Source: a virus (lineage: Duplodnaviria > Caudoviricetes). From it: a stretch of 56,774 nucleotides of DNA. The first letter of the stretch is position 1; the number at the start of each line of letters is the position of its first letter. Under the pieces are notes generated by a model that saw nothing but the letters and a program-made list of their open reading frames with translations, ran no database searches and was not told the origin of the DNA. The stretch spans positions 1 through 56,774 of the IMG/VR virus record IMGVR_UViG_3300048998_000127. The stretch is one strand, 5' to 3'. The position numbers were made by a program, and so were the translations under genes. Positions 23,929-33,075 of this stretch are shown one piece after another.

Positions 23929-24512
23929 GATGTCGTCCCCTTCGCGTTTTTGATCTCCGTCCACCGCCGGGCAGCCTCGCCCAGATACCAGCGGTGGACC
24001 TTGTCTTCATCCCCGGCGGCCATCAGCTCGCCGGGCGGACGCAGGCGTTGCCGTGTCAAGTCGTACGACAGCGCCTGTTCCGTCTCGCGGTAGTTCACCG
24101 GCGCGGTCGGCAGGTCGGCCGCCGCGCACAGCCCCGGCATGTCGAAGCGTCGCCAGGGCGCTTTGCTCGTGAGGTGGTGATGGCCGTCGCGGGTGCGGGG
24201 GCAGAGGTACGGGTACTGCCGCCCTTCGCCACGTCGGTACAGCTCTTCGGCCGCCTTGGAGGCCGCAGCCCAATCGTCGTAGATGACCTTGCCGACGCTG
24301 CCCATGTCCGCCACTTCGCCGCGCACCTCCGCGTTGGACGGACGGCACACCATGATGTTGCCGTCTCGCGGCGTGCCGGTGGCCAACTTCCGGGCGTGCT
24401 TCGAGATGACCTGTCGCCGCTCGCCGGCCGCCCCTTCGCTGTGCAGGGCCTTGGCCAGCTTGGCGAACGACGCCAGGCGGCGGCCGTTGCGCTCTGGCGT
24501 TCTCCTACCCAT
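23925..24512 (-). CDS. Hypothetical protein
   Basis: GGAGGG RBS; YPYLCP...HHHLTS motif. Confidence 0.7.
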   Translation of the reverse strand: MGRRTPERNGRRLASFAKLAKALHSEGAAGERRQVISKHARKLATGTPRDGNIMVCRPSNAEVRGEVADMGSVGKVIYDDWAAASKAAEELYRRGEGRQYPYLCPRTRDGHHHLTSKAPWRRFDMPGLCAAADLPTAPVNYRETEQALSYDLTRQRLRPPGELMAAGDEDKVHRWYLGEAARRWTEIKNAKGTTS

Positions 24513-24729
24513 GATCCACATCCCTCCAGAACTCGATGTCCCGCCAGTCGTCGCCCTCGGCTCGAAGCGCGGCCTGGACCTCCTGCTCCTGCCAGAACGC
24601 GTACGCCCCGTCCTCGCAGCACAGCTCCAGCTCTGTGACGGAGAGGTGCCGGCAGGCGTCCGGGTGGTCGTACCCGTTGGCGCACGGTCCGCTGATCAGT
24701 GTGTTGGTCTCCATGAGTGGCGGCTGCAT
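24505..24729 (-). CDS. Hypothetical acidic protein (likely leaderless)
   Basis: ATG 6 nt after TTGAAT. Confidence 0.65.
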   Translation of the reverse strand: MQPPLMETNTLISGPCANGYDHPDACRHLSVTELELCCEDGAYAFWQEQEVQAALRAEGDDWRDIEFWRDVDHG

Positions 24730-24735
24730 ATGACC

Positions 24736-24764
24736 ATTCAACCCCACGAGACGGTGGGTGTCAA
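24736..24764 (-). promoter_or_regulatory. Promoter with palindromic spacer
   Basis: TTGACA-CCCACCGTCTCGTGGGG-TTGAAT. Confidence 0.75.
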
Positions 24765-24800
24765 CCCCTGCCCCGGGGAAGTGGAGCAGGGGTTGACGGT

Positions 24801-25043
24801 CTACTTCCGGACGTCGACCCTGTGAGGCACAGGGCCGATGTCCGTCAGGGAGATCTGGGCCAGCGCGATGTGGGCTTCGATCATGCGCATCGACATGCCC
24901 AGGGACTGCATCTCCAGCTCACTGGGAATGTAAGGCCCGCTGATCATTTGCCGTCGGCGCTCCAGCCATGCTTCCACCTCCTGAAGCTGGGTGTCCGCGA
25001 TGGCGTAGTTCTCCCCCGGCGTCCGCACGTCGCGCACAGTCAT
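24801..25043 (-). CDS. Hypothetical protein
   Basis: Overlap chain. Confidence 0.65.
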   Translation of the reverse strand: MTVRDVRTPGENYAIADTQLQEVEAWLERRRQMISGPYIPSELEMQSLGMSMRMIEAHIALAQISLTDIGPVPHRVDVRK

Positions 25044-25132
25044 CGGACCACCACCTGGTGCATCCAGGCGAGGCCGGTCGCCGTCAGCACGGCGGCCGAG
25101 GCGAGCAGCACCAGCCGGCGAGCCGCGCTCAC
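25040..25132 (-). CDS. 30-aa TM peptide
   Basis: VSAARRLVLLASAAVLTATGLAW; overlaps both neighbours by 4 nt. Confidence 0.5.
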   Translation of the reverse strand: MSAARRLVLLASAAVLTATGLAWMHQVVVR

Positions 25133-25533
25133 TGATCGTCGTCCGGCAGCTGGACGCCCAGGGTGTGGAGCGCCTGGGTCCAGCTGCTGATCTTGCGCTC
25201 CGCAGTGAGGCAGCGCTTCTTCCAGAAGGCCACCTGCTCCTCCAGGGCGTCCAGCCTCTTCAGCCGCTTGGACACCACCGACAAGGCGTCCTTGCCAGTG
25301 GGCGTTCGCTTCTGCTTGTCCGGATCGGCATGCACCCGCAGGTGTGGCCGGATGGCACCGACCTTCGTGGCTGTGTGGTCGCAGTGCTTGCAGCCGTAGA
25401 TGACGGAGCCGTCCTCCAGCGTGAGCGTGCGGGTCTGCTCCCACCAGATGGCCTTGCCGTTGGGCGTCCGGATCGGGGCCAGGGTGGCGGTGTCGGTCCT
25501 CACCTTGATCCCGTTCACTTCGGTGGCTGTCAC
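25129..25533 (-). CDS. C2H2 zinc-finger plus coiled-coil protein
   Basis: YGCKHCD...IRPHLRVH. Confidence 0.75.
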   Translation of the reverse strand: MTATEVNGIKVRTDTATLAPIRTPNGKAIWWEQTRTLTLEDGSVIYGCKHCDHTATKVGAIRPHLRVHADPDKQKRTPTGKDALSVVSKRLKRLDALEEQVAFWKKRCLTAERKISSWTQALHTLGVQLPDDDQ

Positions 25534-26117
25534 GATTCAGTCCCTTTCCGTTGGTTGCCCAGCTGGGCACCGTGCTTCGAATTGCAGGAGGCGCACGCGG
25601 GGCGGATGTTGCTGCGGCGGTAGGTGCCGCCCTCGCACCCGGGCACGATGCGGTCCACCGTCACCGTGTCGACGGTGAGATAGCCGGCACAACCGGGCAG
25701 AGCCAGGGCGCAATCCACCACGATGCCGTCGCCGAACGTGTCCACCAGGTACTGCCGGCGGCGAGCGCGATCGTCGGATCCGCCCCGGCTGTTGCCGTTG
25801 CTGGTGCCGCGTCGCGCCTTGGGGGTCGGTGCAGCCGCCCAGCGTCGCCCCTGCGCCGTCGACAAGACGGTCCTGGTGTGCCGGTCCCCGTGGTTCTGTC
25901 CGGCCCGCGAGAGGCGAAGCAGGCCGGCGAACCACATCTCCCGCACCGCCCTGGAGCCGGCGGCCGGCAACTTGGCGTGCATCTCCAGGTCGAACGGGTA
26001 GGTGTCGAGCCGGCGGCGGAAGTCCACGGCGGCCTTCCCCCGTCTCCAGGTGGCCACCACCTCGCCGCGCTCCACGGCCTGCATCACCAGATGCCGGTGC
26101 TCCGTCTTGGTGATCAT
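25530..26117 (-). CDS. HNH endonuclease with N-terminal extension
   Basis: VTVDRIVPGCEGGTYRRSNIRPACASCN. Confidence 0.8.
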   Translation of the reverse strand: MITKTEHRHLVMQAVERGEVVATWRRGKAAVDFRRRLDTYPFDLEMHAKLPAAGSRAVREMWFAGLLRLSRAGQNHGDRHTRTVLSTAQGRRWAAAPTPKARRGTSNGNSRGGSDDRARRRQYLVDTFGDGIVVDCALALPGCAGYLTVDTVTVDRIVPGCEGGTYRRSNIRPACASCNSKHGAQLGNQRKGTES

Positions 26118-26344
26118 GACGCCCTCCGGACACGGTAGGCCGACAGCACGACCGAGGAGTAAAGGGAGTTGCCCTTCACGAATCGCGCGGCGTGCCGGTC
26201 GCACACCAGCACACGTTCGGGCGAGCCGTGCCAGTTCTTCCATCGTCCCACCACCCGGTGCGTCACCGGCCGACCGCAGCGGGTGGGGCGGGGCCACGGA
26301 GCGCCAACCCACCACTCCAGGCAACGGGTCTGCTGCGGCTTCAC
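26114..26344 (-). CDS. Small Cys/His protein
   Basis: RC...RCGRPVTH...CDRH. Confidence 0.65.
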   Translation of the reverse strand: MKPQQTRCLEWWVGAPWPRPTRCGRPVTHRVVGRWKNWHGSPERVLVCDRHAARFVKGNSLYSSVVLSAYRVRRAS

Positions 26345-26598
26345 CGGAACCTCCGGAAGCGGTACACGGCCATAGTCATCTCCAGCTTCGGCCAGAACGG
26401 CTCAGCCTTCTGGGCCATGGACCGGCTGGCCGCCGTGTGACTAGCGCACTGGTACGTGGGCGAGCACCGCCACGGCCGGTCACCGCCGAAGCGGATCACC
26501 AGCTTGTGCGTTGCCCCTTTGTCGCAGCGGACAAGGGGGTTCCATCCGGTCGGCTTGCCCACCACGGCCGTGCAGCGGTATCGCCTCTGCGGCCTCAC
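26341..26598 (-). CDS. Small Cys/His protein
   Basis: RC...RCDKGATH...CASH. Confidence 0.65.
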   Translation of the reverse strand: MRPQRRYRCTAVVGKPTGWNPLVRCDKGATHKLVIRFGGDRPWRCSPTYQCASHTAASRSMAQKAEPFWPKLEMTMAVYRFRRFR

Positions 26599-26945
26599 CG
26601 CTTGGCCTTCAGGTTGGCCGCCCGCTCCGCGTTCATGGCATCGGCGAACACGCGCTGTTGCAGCTCGACCGACTCCAGGATGCCGCGCAGCATCTCCTCC
26701 TGGTTGGGGCGCAGGCCGCCGTTGTGGGGCTTGGTCAGCGTGTTGACGACATCCAGCAGGTTGTTGTGGACGACCGCGAACAGGCCGGAGGCAATGTGCG
26801 GCTCCAGCGTGCGCACGATGGTGTCCGCCGTGTCGAACGCCTTCGAGCGTTCCATGCCGGCCTGGACCAGCAGCTCATGCACGACCTTGATCAGCGGGGC
26901 CTGCCGCTTGCAGTCGATGTCCTGACGGGTGAGTGCGTTGGTCAT
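26595..26945 (-). CDS. Hypothetical protein
   Basis: GAGGAAAGG RBS. Confidence 0.7.
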   Translation of the reverse strand: MTNALTRQDIDCKRQAPLIKVVHELLVQAGMERSKAFDTADTIVRTLEPHIASGLFAVVHNNLLDVVNTLTKPHNGGLRPNQEEMLRGILESVELQQRVFADAMNAERAANLKAKR

Positions 26946-26974
26946 TGCCCTTTCCTCTCGCTCGCTATATGGCG

Positions 26975-27003
26975 AAGGTACCCAGCGTCTAGGTGGGTGT
27001 CAA
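26975..27003 (-). promoter_or_regulatory. Promoter
   Basis: TTGACA-CCCA..TGGG(N17)-TACCTT. Confidence 0.7.
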
Positions 27004-27054
27004 TGAGTACTGGCCGCCGCCCAGGTCTCGACTGCACCGGGCGGCGGCCAGCGG

Positions 27055-27294
27055 CTACTTCAGACCGGCGCGTCGCCGGATCGCGATGAGCGCGTCCAGC
27101 GCCTTGACAATGGACGCGCCGGTGGCGGAGTGAGCGCCGATGGTGGCGCGGAAGGTGTGCACGCGCGTGCTCCCCGAGTCTGCGGAGATGCGCACGACCT
27201 CTCCGACCTGTGTCGGCCGACAGTCCGGCTTCTGCTGCCAGATGCCGTGTACGCCAGCGGATCCGCGCTGGACCTTGTAGGTGGTGGGCCTCAC
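27055..27294 (-). CDS. Hypothetical protein
   Basis: GTGA overlap. Confidence 0.65.
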   Translation of the reverse strand: MRPTTYKVQRGSAGVHGIWQQKPDCRPTQVGEVVRISADSGSTRVHTFRATIGAHSATGASIVKALDALIAIRRRAGLK

Positions 27295-27614
27295 AGGTCA
27301 CCTCGCGTCACCAGGTCGACCAGCTGCCACTGGGCGCTGTTACAGGCCATCTCACCGTCATCCTTCGCACGGCCGCCCCAGTCGCGCACCAACTCGCGCT
27401 CCGCGTTCAGGTCGCCCGGGTCAACGTAGATCCACTTCAGCGCCATCACCTTGGGTGTGGCCATTCGAATGCCGCCAGCGCTGATCAGGCCGTATCCGAT
27501 TCCGTCCAGCCAGTCCACGAACTCACGGGCGTACTTGACCTTGTCGCGGTTCTCCAGCAAGTGCAGCAGGTTGGGAGTGTCGGGGAAGCCCTTGGGCTTG
27601 TCGTTGTCGTTCAT
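27291..27614 (-). CDS. Hypothetical protein (likely leaderless)
   Basis: Follows promoter 27621-27650. Confidence 0.7.
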   Translation of the reverse strand: MNDNDKPKGFPDTPNLLHLLENRDKVKYAREFVDWLDGIGYGLISAGGIRMATPKVMALKWIYVDPGDLNAERELVRDWGGRAKDDGEMACNSAQWQLVDLVTRGDL

Positions 27615-27620
27615 GCGTCA

Positions 27621-27650
27621 ATAGTCACCCACCAAGTGGGTGCGTGTCAA
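27621..27650 (-). promoter_or_regulatory. Promoter with palindromic spacer
   Basis: TTGACA-CG-CACCCAC-TTG-GTGGGTG-ACTAT. Confidence 0.6.
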
Positions 27651-28060
27651 GCCACTCCGGTGAGCGACTTCGCGACGATCTCCGCCCGCAGCCGGATGAC
27701 GTTCTGCACCTGCTGCGCGTCGGGCCGGAACGTGCGGCCGGACGGGCAGCGCCACCGGCCGTTGTCCAGCTGCACCCACGCCATCGGATCGTGCCGCTTC
27801 GGACGCTGTCGCAGCGGCGGCTTCGCGATCGGCGGCGTGCCGGCGGCCACCACCGCGTTCTGCAAGCCTTCCATGCGCTCCAGGTCGTAGGTCGCCCCGC
27901 GCTGGCGGGCGTATGCGGCCACCGTCACCTCCCGCGACGCCTCGGCCACCGCGCGGGCCAGCTCGTGCGGCGTGGCGACCACACGGGACCAGCCGCGTGC
28001 GAACGGTGACGCCACGCGTAGCCGGTTGCCGGGCAGCTGCTGCACGGTCAGCGTGATCAT
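27647..28060 (-). CDS. Hypothetical protein downstream of TerL
   Basis: MITLTVQQ...WVQLDNGRWRCPSGR. Confidence 0.7.
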   Translation of the reverse strand: MITLTVQQLPGNRLRVASPFARGWSRVVATPHELARAVAEASREVTVAAYARQRGATYDLERMEGLQNAVVAAGTPPIAKPPLRQRPKRHDPMAWVQLDNGRWRCPSGRTFRPDAQQVQNVIRLRAEIVAKSLTGVA

Positions 28061-28082
28061 CGTTGGCTCGTGTCCCATGGGG

Positions 28083-29630
28083 TCATCGCCTCCCGGCCGA
28101 TGCGGCGGCGTGCCGCAGGTTCGTAGCGTGGTGCCGCTGGATGACGCCCTCCGCCTTGCGCAGCCCCTCGCCGCCGGTCATCTTGACCAGGTGCTGGATG
28201 GCGTAGACGTAGGCGTCCATGCGGTCGGGGGACTGCCGCATGGCCGTGGTCCAGGTGGTGAGCTGGTCTTCCAGCTTCTCGAAGATGCCCACGTGGTGGA
28301 CCAGGTGGTGGGAGCAGATGGTGCTGATCGGCTCCGCACGGACCCGCTTGCCGTCCTTCGCCCGGATCTTCTCGATGGGGATGGGCAGCTTGCGGTGGAG
28401 CACCTTCTCCGTGGCCCTGATCAGATCCACCAGCGCCTGGCCGCCGTTGTTGACCTCGATCACCACGGCGTTGCAGTTCCACGCGTCGTAGCCGTCGACG
28501 ATGGCCTGCGCCCAGACGGCCGGCGACTCCCGCACGGTCAGGTCCGCGAGGATGTAGACGTGATCGTCATTGCCGAGGCCGGCCACGATGATGCCGGTCT
28601 CATCCGGGTCCTTGCGGGCGAAGCGGGTCGAGCCTTCCCCGGTGCGCTCCTCCACGGCAGGGTCCACGGCCATGACGGTGTAGGCGATCTCGAACGGCAC
28701 GGTGAGGCCGTTGGGCAGGTCCACCCACTCCGGCGGCCCCTGCTCGTACCGGTCGGCCGCGATCTGTGACAGCTTCCACAGCGCGCCCCGGACTTCGTCG
28801 ACCAGCTCGCCACCCAGCTCCTGGAGGCCCAGGGTGGTGCCGTCGTAGGCGGAGTGCAGGGACCGCAGCGTGGAGGCCGGCAAGTTGGCGGCGTTGTCGT
28901 CGGTGGTGCCGCGACGGACCGCGCAGTACGGGTCCTTGATCAGGGCCTTGATCTGCGCGAGGGGCAGCGGCGTGGTGGTGGCGACGATCTGCGGACGCTT
29001 GCCCAGGCGGAGGCCGAAGGTCAGCATGTCCCACGAGTCGATGGCGCGGAGCAGCACCTGGGCCAGCTCGTCCACCCAGGCGCGATGGTGCTGCGGGCCG
29101 CGCAGGCGAGCCGGCTTCTCACCCGAGAACAGCTTGTACCGGCTGCCCGTCTGTTTGATGATCAGCTCGCCGATGGAGCGATTCCAGGTGTGCGGCACCT
29201 GCATGCGGTCCAGGACGGAGATCAGGCCGGACTCACCTTCGACGCACGTGTCCCGGGCGTCGGCGTAGGTGGGGGCGACGACGGCCATGCGCCAGTTGAA
29301 GTTCAGCACGCCAGCGGCGGCCATGTCCTCCGCCGCGCTCCGGGTCTTGCCGGTGCCTCGGCCGCCCAGGTAGAGGGTGACGTCGAAGTCACGGTCGGGG
29401 GTGCGCTGCTCCGGTCGGCAGCGGGCACAGGAGTGGCAGCGCGTGCAGCTGTCGCCGTGTATCAGGCACCGGCGACTCACGCGATCCCAGTTGCTGGCCA
29501 GCTGCGACGACGGCCATGCGGCGGTGTCCTTGCTCTGGCAGTCGCTGTCCCGCCAGTCCCGGATCTCCTTCAGCCACTGGGCTTCGCTCCGGGCCTCCAT
29601 GCGTTCGGCGGACCGGAGAAGGAAGGTCAC
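28083..29630 (-). CDS. terL: Terminase large subunit
   Basis: Walker A GGRGTGKT, LRGPQHHRAWVDE (Walker B), TTTP, nuclease AVDPA...DETGII...SPDRMDA; GTGA overlap with TerS. Confidence 0.93.
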   Translation of the reverse strand: MTFLLRSAERMEARSEAQWLKEIRDWRDSDCQSKDTAAWPSSQLASNWDRVSRRCLIHGDSCTRCHSCARCRPEQRTPDRDFDVTLYLGGRGTGKTRSAAEDMAAAGVLNFNWRMAVVAPTYADARDTCVEGESGLISVLDRMQVPHTWNRSIGELIIKQTGSRYKLFSGEKPARLRGPQHHRAWVDELAQVLLRAIDSWDMLTFGLRLGKRPQIVATTTPLPLAQIKALIKDPYCAVRRGTTDDNAANLPASTLRSLHSAYDGTTLGLQELGGELVDEVRGALWKLSQIAADRYEQGPPEWVDLPNGLTVPFEIAYTVMAVDPAVEERTGEGSTRFARKDPDETGIIVAGLGNDDHVYILADLTVRESPAVWAQAIVDGYDAWNCNAVVIEVNNGGQALVDLIRATEKVLHRKLPIPIEKIRAKDGKRVRAEPISTICSHHLVHHVGIFEKLEDQLTTWTTAMRQSPDRMDAYVYAIQHLVKMTGGEGLRKAEGVIQRHHATNLRHAAASAGRR

Positions 29631-30208
29631 CCGGCCTCCGCGACCAGACGGAGCTGGCGGCCGAACTCGCGCTCCGCGTCGGCCCGGCGCTCCAGGTCCA
29701 GGTTCATCACCGACATGGCGGCGGCGAAAGCGGCCTCCACCTGTTCCGCTTGGCGCTCCTCGATGGCGGCAAGGCGGGCGTCGATGTTCAGCTTGGCCAG
29801 GGTGGCGAGGGTGGCAACGGCGCGGTCCAGGGCGCGTTCCCAAACCAGGATCTCCGCGCGCACCTGCTCGCCGGCCTCGGTCGAGTAGCCCATGCCGCTG
29901 ACTACGGAGAGGTACTGCTGACACACATCCAGCCATGCGGTGACGCGGCCGGCGACGGTCTGGAGCTCCAACAGGGGGTTCTTCACGGGCTTGATGCCCA
30001 TGGCCTCCACCGCGAGGGCGATATTGCGTTCCAGCTGGATGGTGACGGCCTTCAGCTTGGCTTGCGGCGTGGCCCCGCCGTGGACGCGGCAGCGGGTGCT
30101 GTCCTTGACCGGCCAGCGGTGGCAGCGTCCGTCCCGGGAGGTGGCTCCCTTGGTCTTGGCGTGGCAGTGCGGCTTGTCGCACAAGGTTGGTGGCGTATCC
30201 CCTGTCAC
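29627..30208 (-). CDS. terS: Terminase small subunit (HGGxxP domain)
   Basis: CHAKTK...C...CRVHGGATPQ; directly upstream of TerL. Confidence 0.75.
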   Translation of the reverse strand: MTGDTPPTLCDKPHCHAKTKGATSRDGRCHRWPVKDSTRCRVHGGATPQAKLKAVTIQLERNIALAVEAMGIKPVKNPLLELQTVAGRVTAWLDVCQQYLSVVSGMGYSTEAGEQVRAEILVWERALDRAVATLATLAKLNIDARLAAIEERQAEQVEAAFAAAMSVMNLDLERRADAEREFGRQLRLVAEAG

Positions 30209-30244
30209 AGCTGTCCCCTTCCGCCTGTCAAGCTGGGAACGATA

Positions 30245-30685
30245 CTAACTCGCTGTGACGATCTTTCCCACCTCCGCGCCCGGTTCGTAATGCGGCATGT
30301 CGTCGTGCGCGCACTCGGTCAGCACCAGGAACAGCTCCGCGATGCGCCGGCCGTATGGGTCGAGCGAGCGGGGCACGACCCGCTGACTGGTCCGGACCAC
30401 GTGATGCGGATTGTCGTCGGGCACGATGCCGCGCAGCTTCAGCGCGTCCAGGCAATGCTTCAGCGTGGGGCTGATGTTGTCGCTGTCGGCCACGCGGTCG
30501 CTGCCCGGATACCAGACCAGCTCCGCCATGAGCGGGCCGACACCGCGAGGCACGCCGGCCAGCAGCTTGGCCGTGTCGTCGCGGATCATCGTGCGGACGC
30601 GGTGCGCCTCCCATTTGCCGTACCGGTCGTTGAGCGTGTACGGGGGTCGCTGCCAGGGCAGCAACAGAACCCACTGTCTTGCCAT
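30245..30685 (-). CDS. rusA: RusA-like Holliday junction resolvase
   Basis: PPYTLN...RVADSDNISPTLKHCLDAL...GIVPDD. Confidence 0.75.
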   Translation of the reverse strand: MARQWVLLLPWQRPPYTLNDRYGKWEAHRVRTMIRDDTAKLLAGVPRGVGPLMAELVWYPGSDRVADSDNISPTLKHCLDALKLRGIVPDDNPHHVVRTSQRVVPRSLDPYGRRIAELFLVLTECAHDDMPHYEPGAEVGKIVTAS

Positions 30686-30704
30686 ACCACCATCGTAGTG
30701 GGTG

Positions 30705-32093
30705 TCAACTGCGCAGGCCGACCGGCAGCACGAAGCCAGCGCCGGAAGCCAGGTCCGTGGCCGGGGTGAGCGTCGCCGGCCACGCGGTGAAGCCGCCGGC
30801 CTTGTACTTGCCGTAGAACTGGGCGGTGTGCGAGTTGTTGCCGCCGCCGAAGTTGAAGAACGAGAAGTACGGCGGCCCGGAGTAGCCGCGCACGCTGACC
30901 AGCACCCAGTAGGCGGTCCGCACGGTCGGGGTGGGCACGCCCGTCAAGACGCGGTCGACCACGCCTTCGGCCATCCAGATGCTGTCATCGGTGCCGGCCG
31001 CCCCCGTGTCGGCCAGCTTCGCGCCCGCTGCGGTTCCGCCTGCTGCCTCGGCGAAGAGAGCGAAGCCGTTCAGGCCGCCGAGGCCCACGACCACTGCCGG
31101 CGAGCCGGACTGGTCGCCGTTGGCCGCGCGGACGGTGAACACGCCGTTGATGGGGTTGCCAGCCTCCACGATGACGCGGGCCCCCCACACCTCACCGTTG
31201 ATGGTGGACACGGTGTTGGTAACGGGGATGTTGATGCTGTGCCCGTTGGGGTGCAGCTGGGCGGCGGCCGGGTCGGCCACTGGCGGGACGGCCTGCACGG
31301 CGGTGCCGGCCAGCGTCAGCAGCGCCTGCACGGCGGCGGCCAGGTCGGTCTCCGGTATGCCGCCGCCCGGCTTCACGTACGCGGCGGCAGCGGCGGTCTG
31401 GGCGGCCGTGGCGGCCGATAGCGCGGCACCGGACTGGGTGGTGGCTGCGGCGGCCCCGGTCGCGGCGTCGGTGACGTCATCAGTCAGGGTGCCCAGGGCG
31501 CTGACGAGACCCGCCACGGACGCCTGCGGGATGCCGGTCCCCACGGCCAGGGCGGGGTTGAGCGGGTCCGTGTCGTCCACCACGATGGTGCCGTTGCCCG
31601 GCTGCACGCTGGAGATGCCGGAGCCGCCGCCACCGGGCGGCAGGAACTCCACAGGCACCTTGCCCAGCACGAGCGGCGGGACCTGCACGCCCACGGCCGA
31701 CATCGGCAGGTAGCTGGTCGCCGGCACCGGCACCGGCGACGCTGCGGCCAGCAGCTGCTCCAGCGTGGTGGAGGTGGACAGCGGGGCGAAGAACCGCCGG
31801 TAGAAGCGCGTGCCGCCGGCCAGGCTGGCGTTGATAGTCACCTCATACGACCATCCGGACGGCGTGATGCCGGCGACCACCGTGGCGGGCAGGCCGGAGA
31901 CCGCTACCGTCCCATCGGGCTGGATGGAGGCGGTCACGCTTCCGGGGGCGAGAATCACGTGGTCGGTGCCATCGCAGAGGGGGAATGGCATTCGGAAGGA
32001 GACGGTGCCTCCGGTGGCTGTGGCACCGGTGTTGTCGATCACCTTGCCGGCCACACTGACCGATGTCACGCCAGCCGGAAGCGCCATCTCCAT
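30705..32093 (-). CDS. Virion fibre / receptor-binding-like protein
   Basis: N-terminal G.V.F...DG....LPAT....P.GWSYEV virion-attachment pattern, Gly/Ala-rich shaft, beta-rich C-terminus. Confidence 0.6.
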   Translation of the reverse strand: MEMALPAGVTSVSVAGKVIDNTGATATGGTVSFRMPFPLCDGTDHVILAPGSVTASIQPDGTVAVSGLPATVVAGITPSGWSYEVTINASLAGGTRFYRRFFAPLSTSTTLEQLLAAASPVPVPATSYLPMSAVGVQVPPLVLGKVPVEFLPPGGGGSGISSVQPGNGTIVVDDTDPLNPALAVGTGIPQASVAGLVSALGTLTDDVTDAATGAAAATTQSGAALSAATAAQTAAAAAYVKPGGGIPETDLAAAVQALLTLAGTAVQAVPPVADPAAAQLHPNGHSINIPVTNTVSTINGEVWGARVIVEAGNPINGVFTVRAANGDQSGSPAVVVGLGGLNGFALFAEAAGGTAAGAKLADTGAAGTDDSIWMAEGVVDRVLTGVPTPTVRTAYWVLVSVRGYSGPPYFSFFNFGGGNNSHTAQFYGKYKAGGFTAWPATLTPATDLASGAGFVLPVGLRS

Positions 32094-32132
32094 CTCCGAT
32101 CACCCGCAGTCAGCGCGGATGATACCGGCTGG

Positions 32133-33062
32133 TCAGGGCCGGGCGGTGTCCACACCGATGCGGGAGATGCGGACGCGCTCCGACAGGGTGGCCTGCTCCA
32201 GCCAGACGGGGGTCAGCTGGTACGCCTGCTTCACGGAGTCGAACTCGCCCTGGGAAGCGAGGCCGACCCACACGCCCTGATCGTCGCGCCACACGCCGAA
32301 GGGGAACAGCGGCTGCCCGTTGTTCACGTCCGGGTGAGCGCCGGCCTGAAACAGCTGGTGCGGATAGACCTTGGTCACGTCGTCCTCCTCATCATCGGCT
32401 GGGCGCACGGTCCCCAGCGTCAGGTCCGTCAGGGTGTGGTTGAGCAACACGGACGCGTCCAGCAGGCCGACCGAGCCGGCGACGTTGGCCCCGTCCGTGT
32501 ACTGGTGCACCGCCAGTTGCGGGTGGGTGAAGCCGCCGGTGTTGCCGGGCGATGGCGGCGTGCCGTAGCGAGCGCACATCAGGTAGGTGTCCGCGTCCGC
32601 CCACCGCTCCGGATGCATGACGTTGAGCCAGTCGGAGGTGTTGGCGTACACGACGATCTTGCGCTGGCCGGTGGCCTGCCGATAGGCGGCGACGAAGCTG
32701 GCAATGAACGTGGGCGCGGTGTTCGCGGACCAGATGATGCCGTCGGCCAGGTCGTTCTCCATGTCCAGCAGCGGGGCCAGGCAGCCGTCCGCGAATCCGT
32801 TGAGCGGCTTGACCACGTTCTGGAAGTGCGCCCAGTTCGCAGCCGGGCTGACGTTCGAGTCGGCGAAGTGGTAGGCCCCGACCTTCAGTCCGGCCGATGC
32901 CGCACCCAGCGCCTGACCGTTGTAGGCCGGCGAGGTGTAGCCGCCGCCCTGGGTCGCCTTCACCCACACGGCCGACACCTGGCCGCGTACGGCGCGCCAG
33001 TCGGTGATGGTGTTGTGGCCGCTCACGTCGATGATGTCCACGCTCGTCCCCTCTCCTGTCAA
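32133..33062 (-). CDS. Endolysin, GH25 muramidase
   Basis: IDVSGHN, VKATQG, GAYHF, LDME catalytic DxE, HQYT. Confidence 0.9.
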   Translation of the reverse strand: MTGEGTSVDIIDVSGHNTITDWRAVRGQVSAVWVKATQGGGYTSPAYNGQALGAASAGLKVGAYHFADSNVSPAANWAHFQNVVKPLNGFADGCLAPLLDMENDLADGIIWSANTAPTFIASFVAAYRQATGQRKIVVYANTSDWLNVMHPERWADADTYLMCARYGTPPSPGNTGGFTHPQLAVHQYTDGANVAGSVGLLDASVLLNHTLTDLTLGTVRPADDEEDDVTKVYPHQLFQAGAHPDVNNGQPLFPFGVWRDDQGVWVGLASQGEFDSVKQAYQLTPVWLEQATLSERVRISRIGVDTARP

Positions 33063-33075
33063 CGCCTACCGTACG

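Noticed and set aside
28083-30182. 699-aa TerL from the ORF track
   Set aside because: The N-terminal extension overlaps TerS in another frame; the GTG at 29630 with a GTGA overlap is the better start
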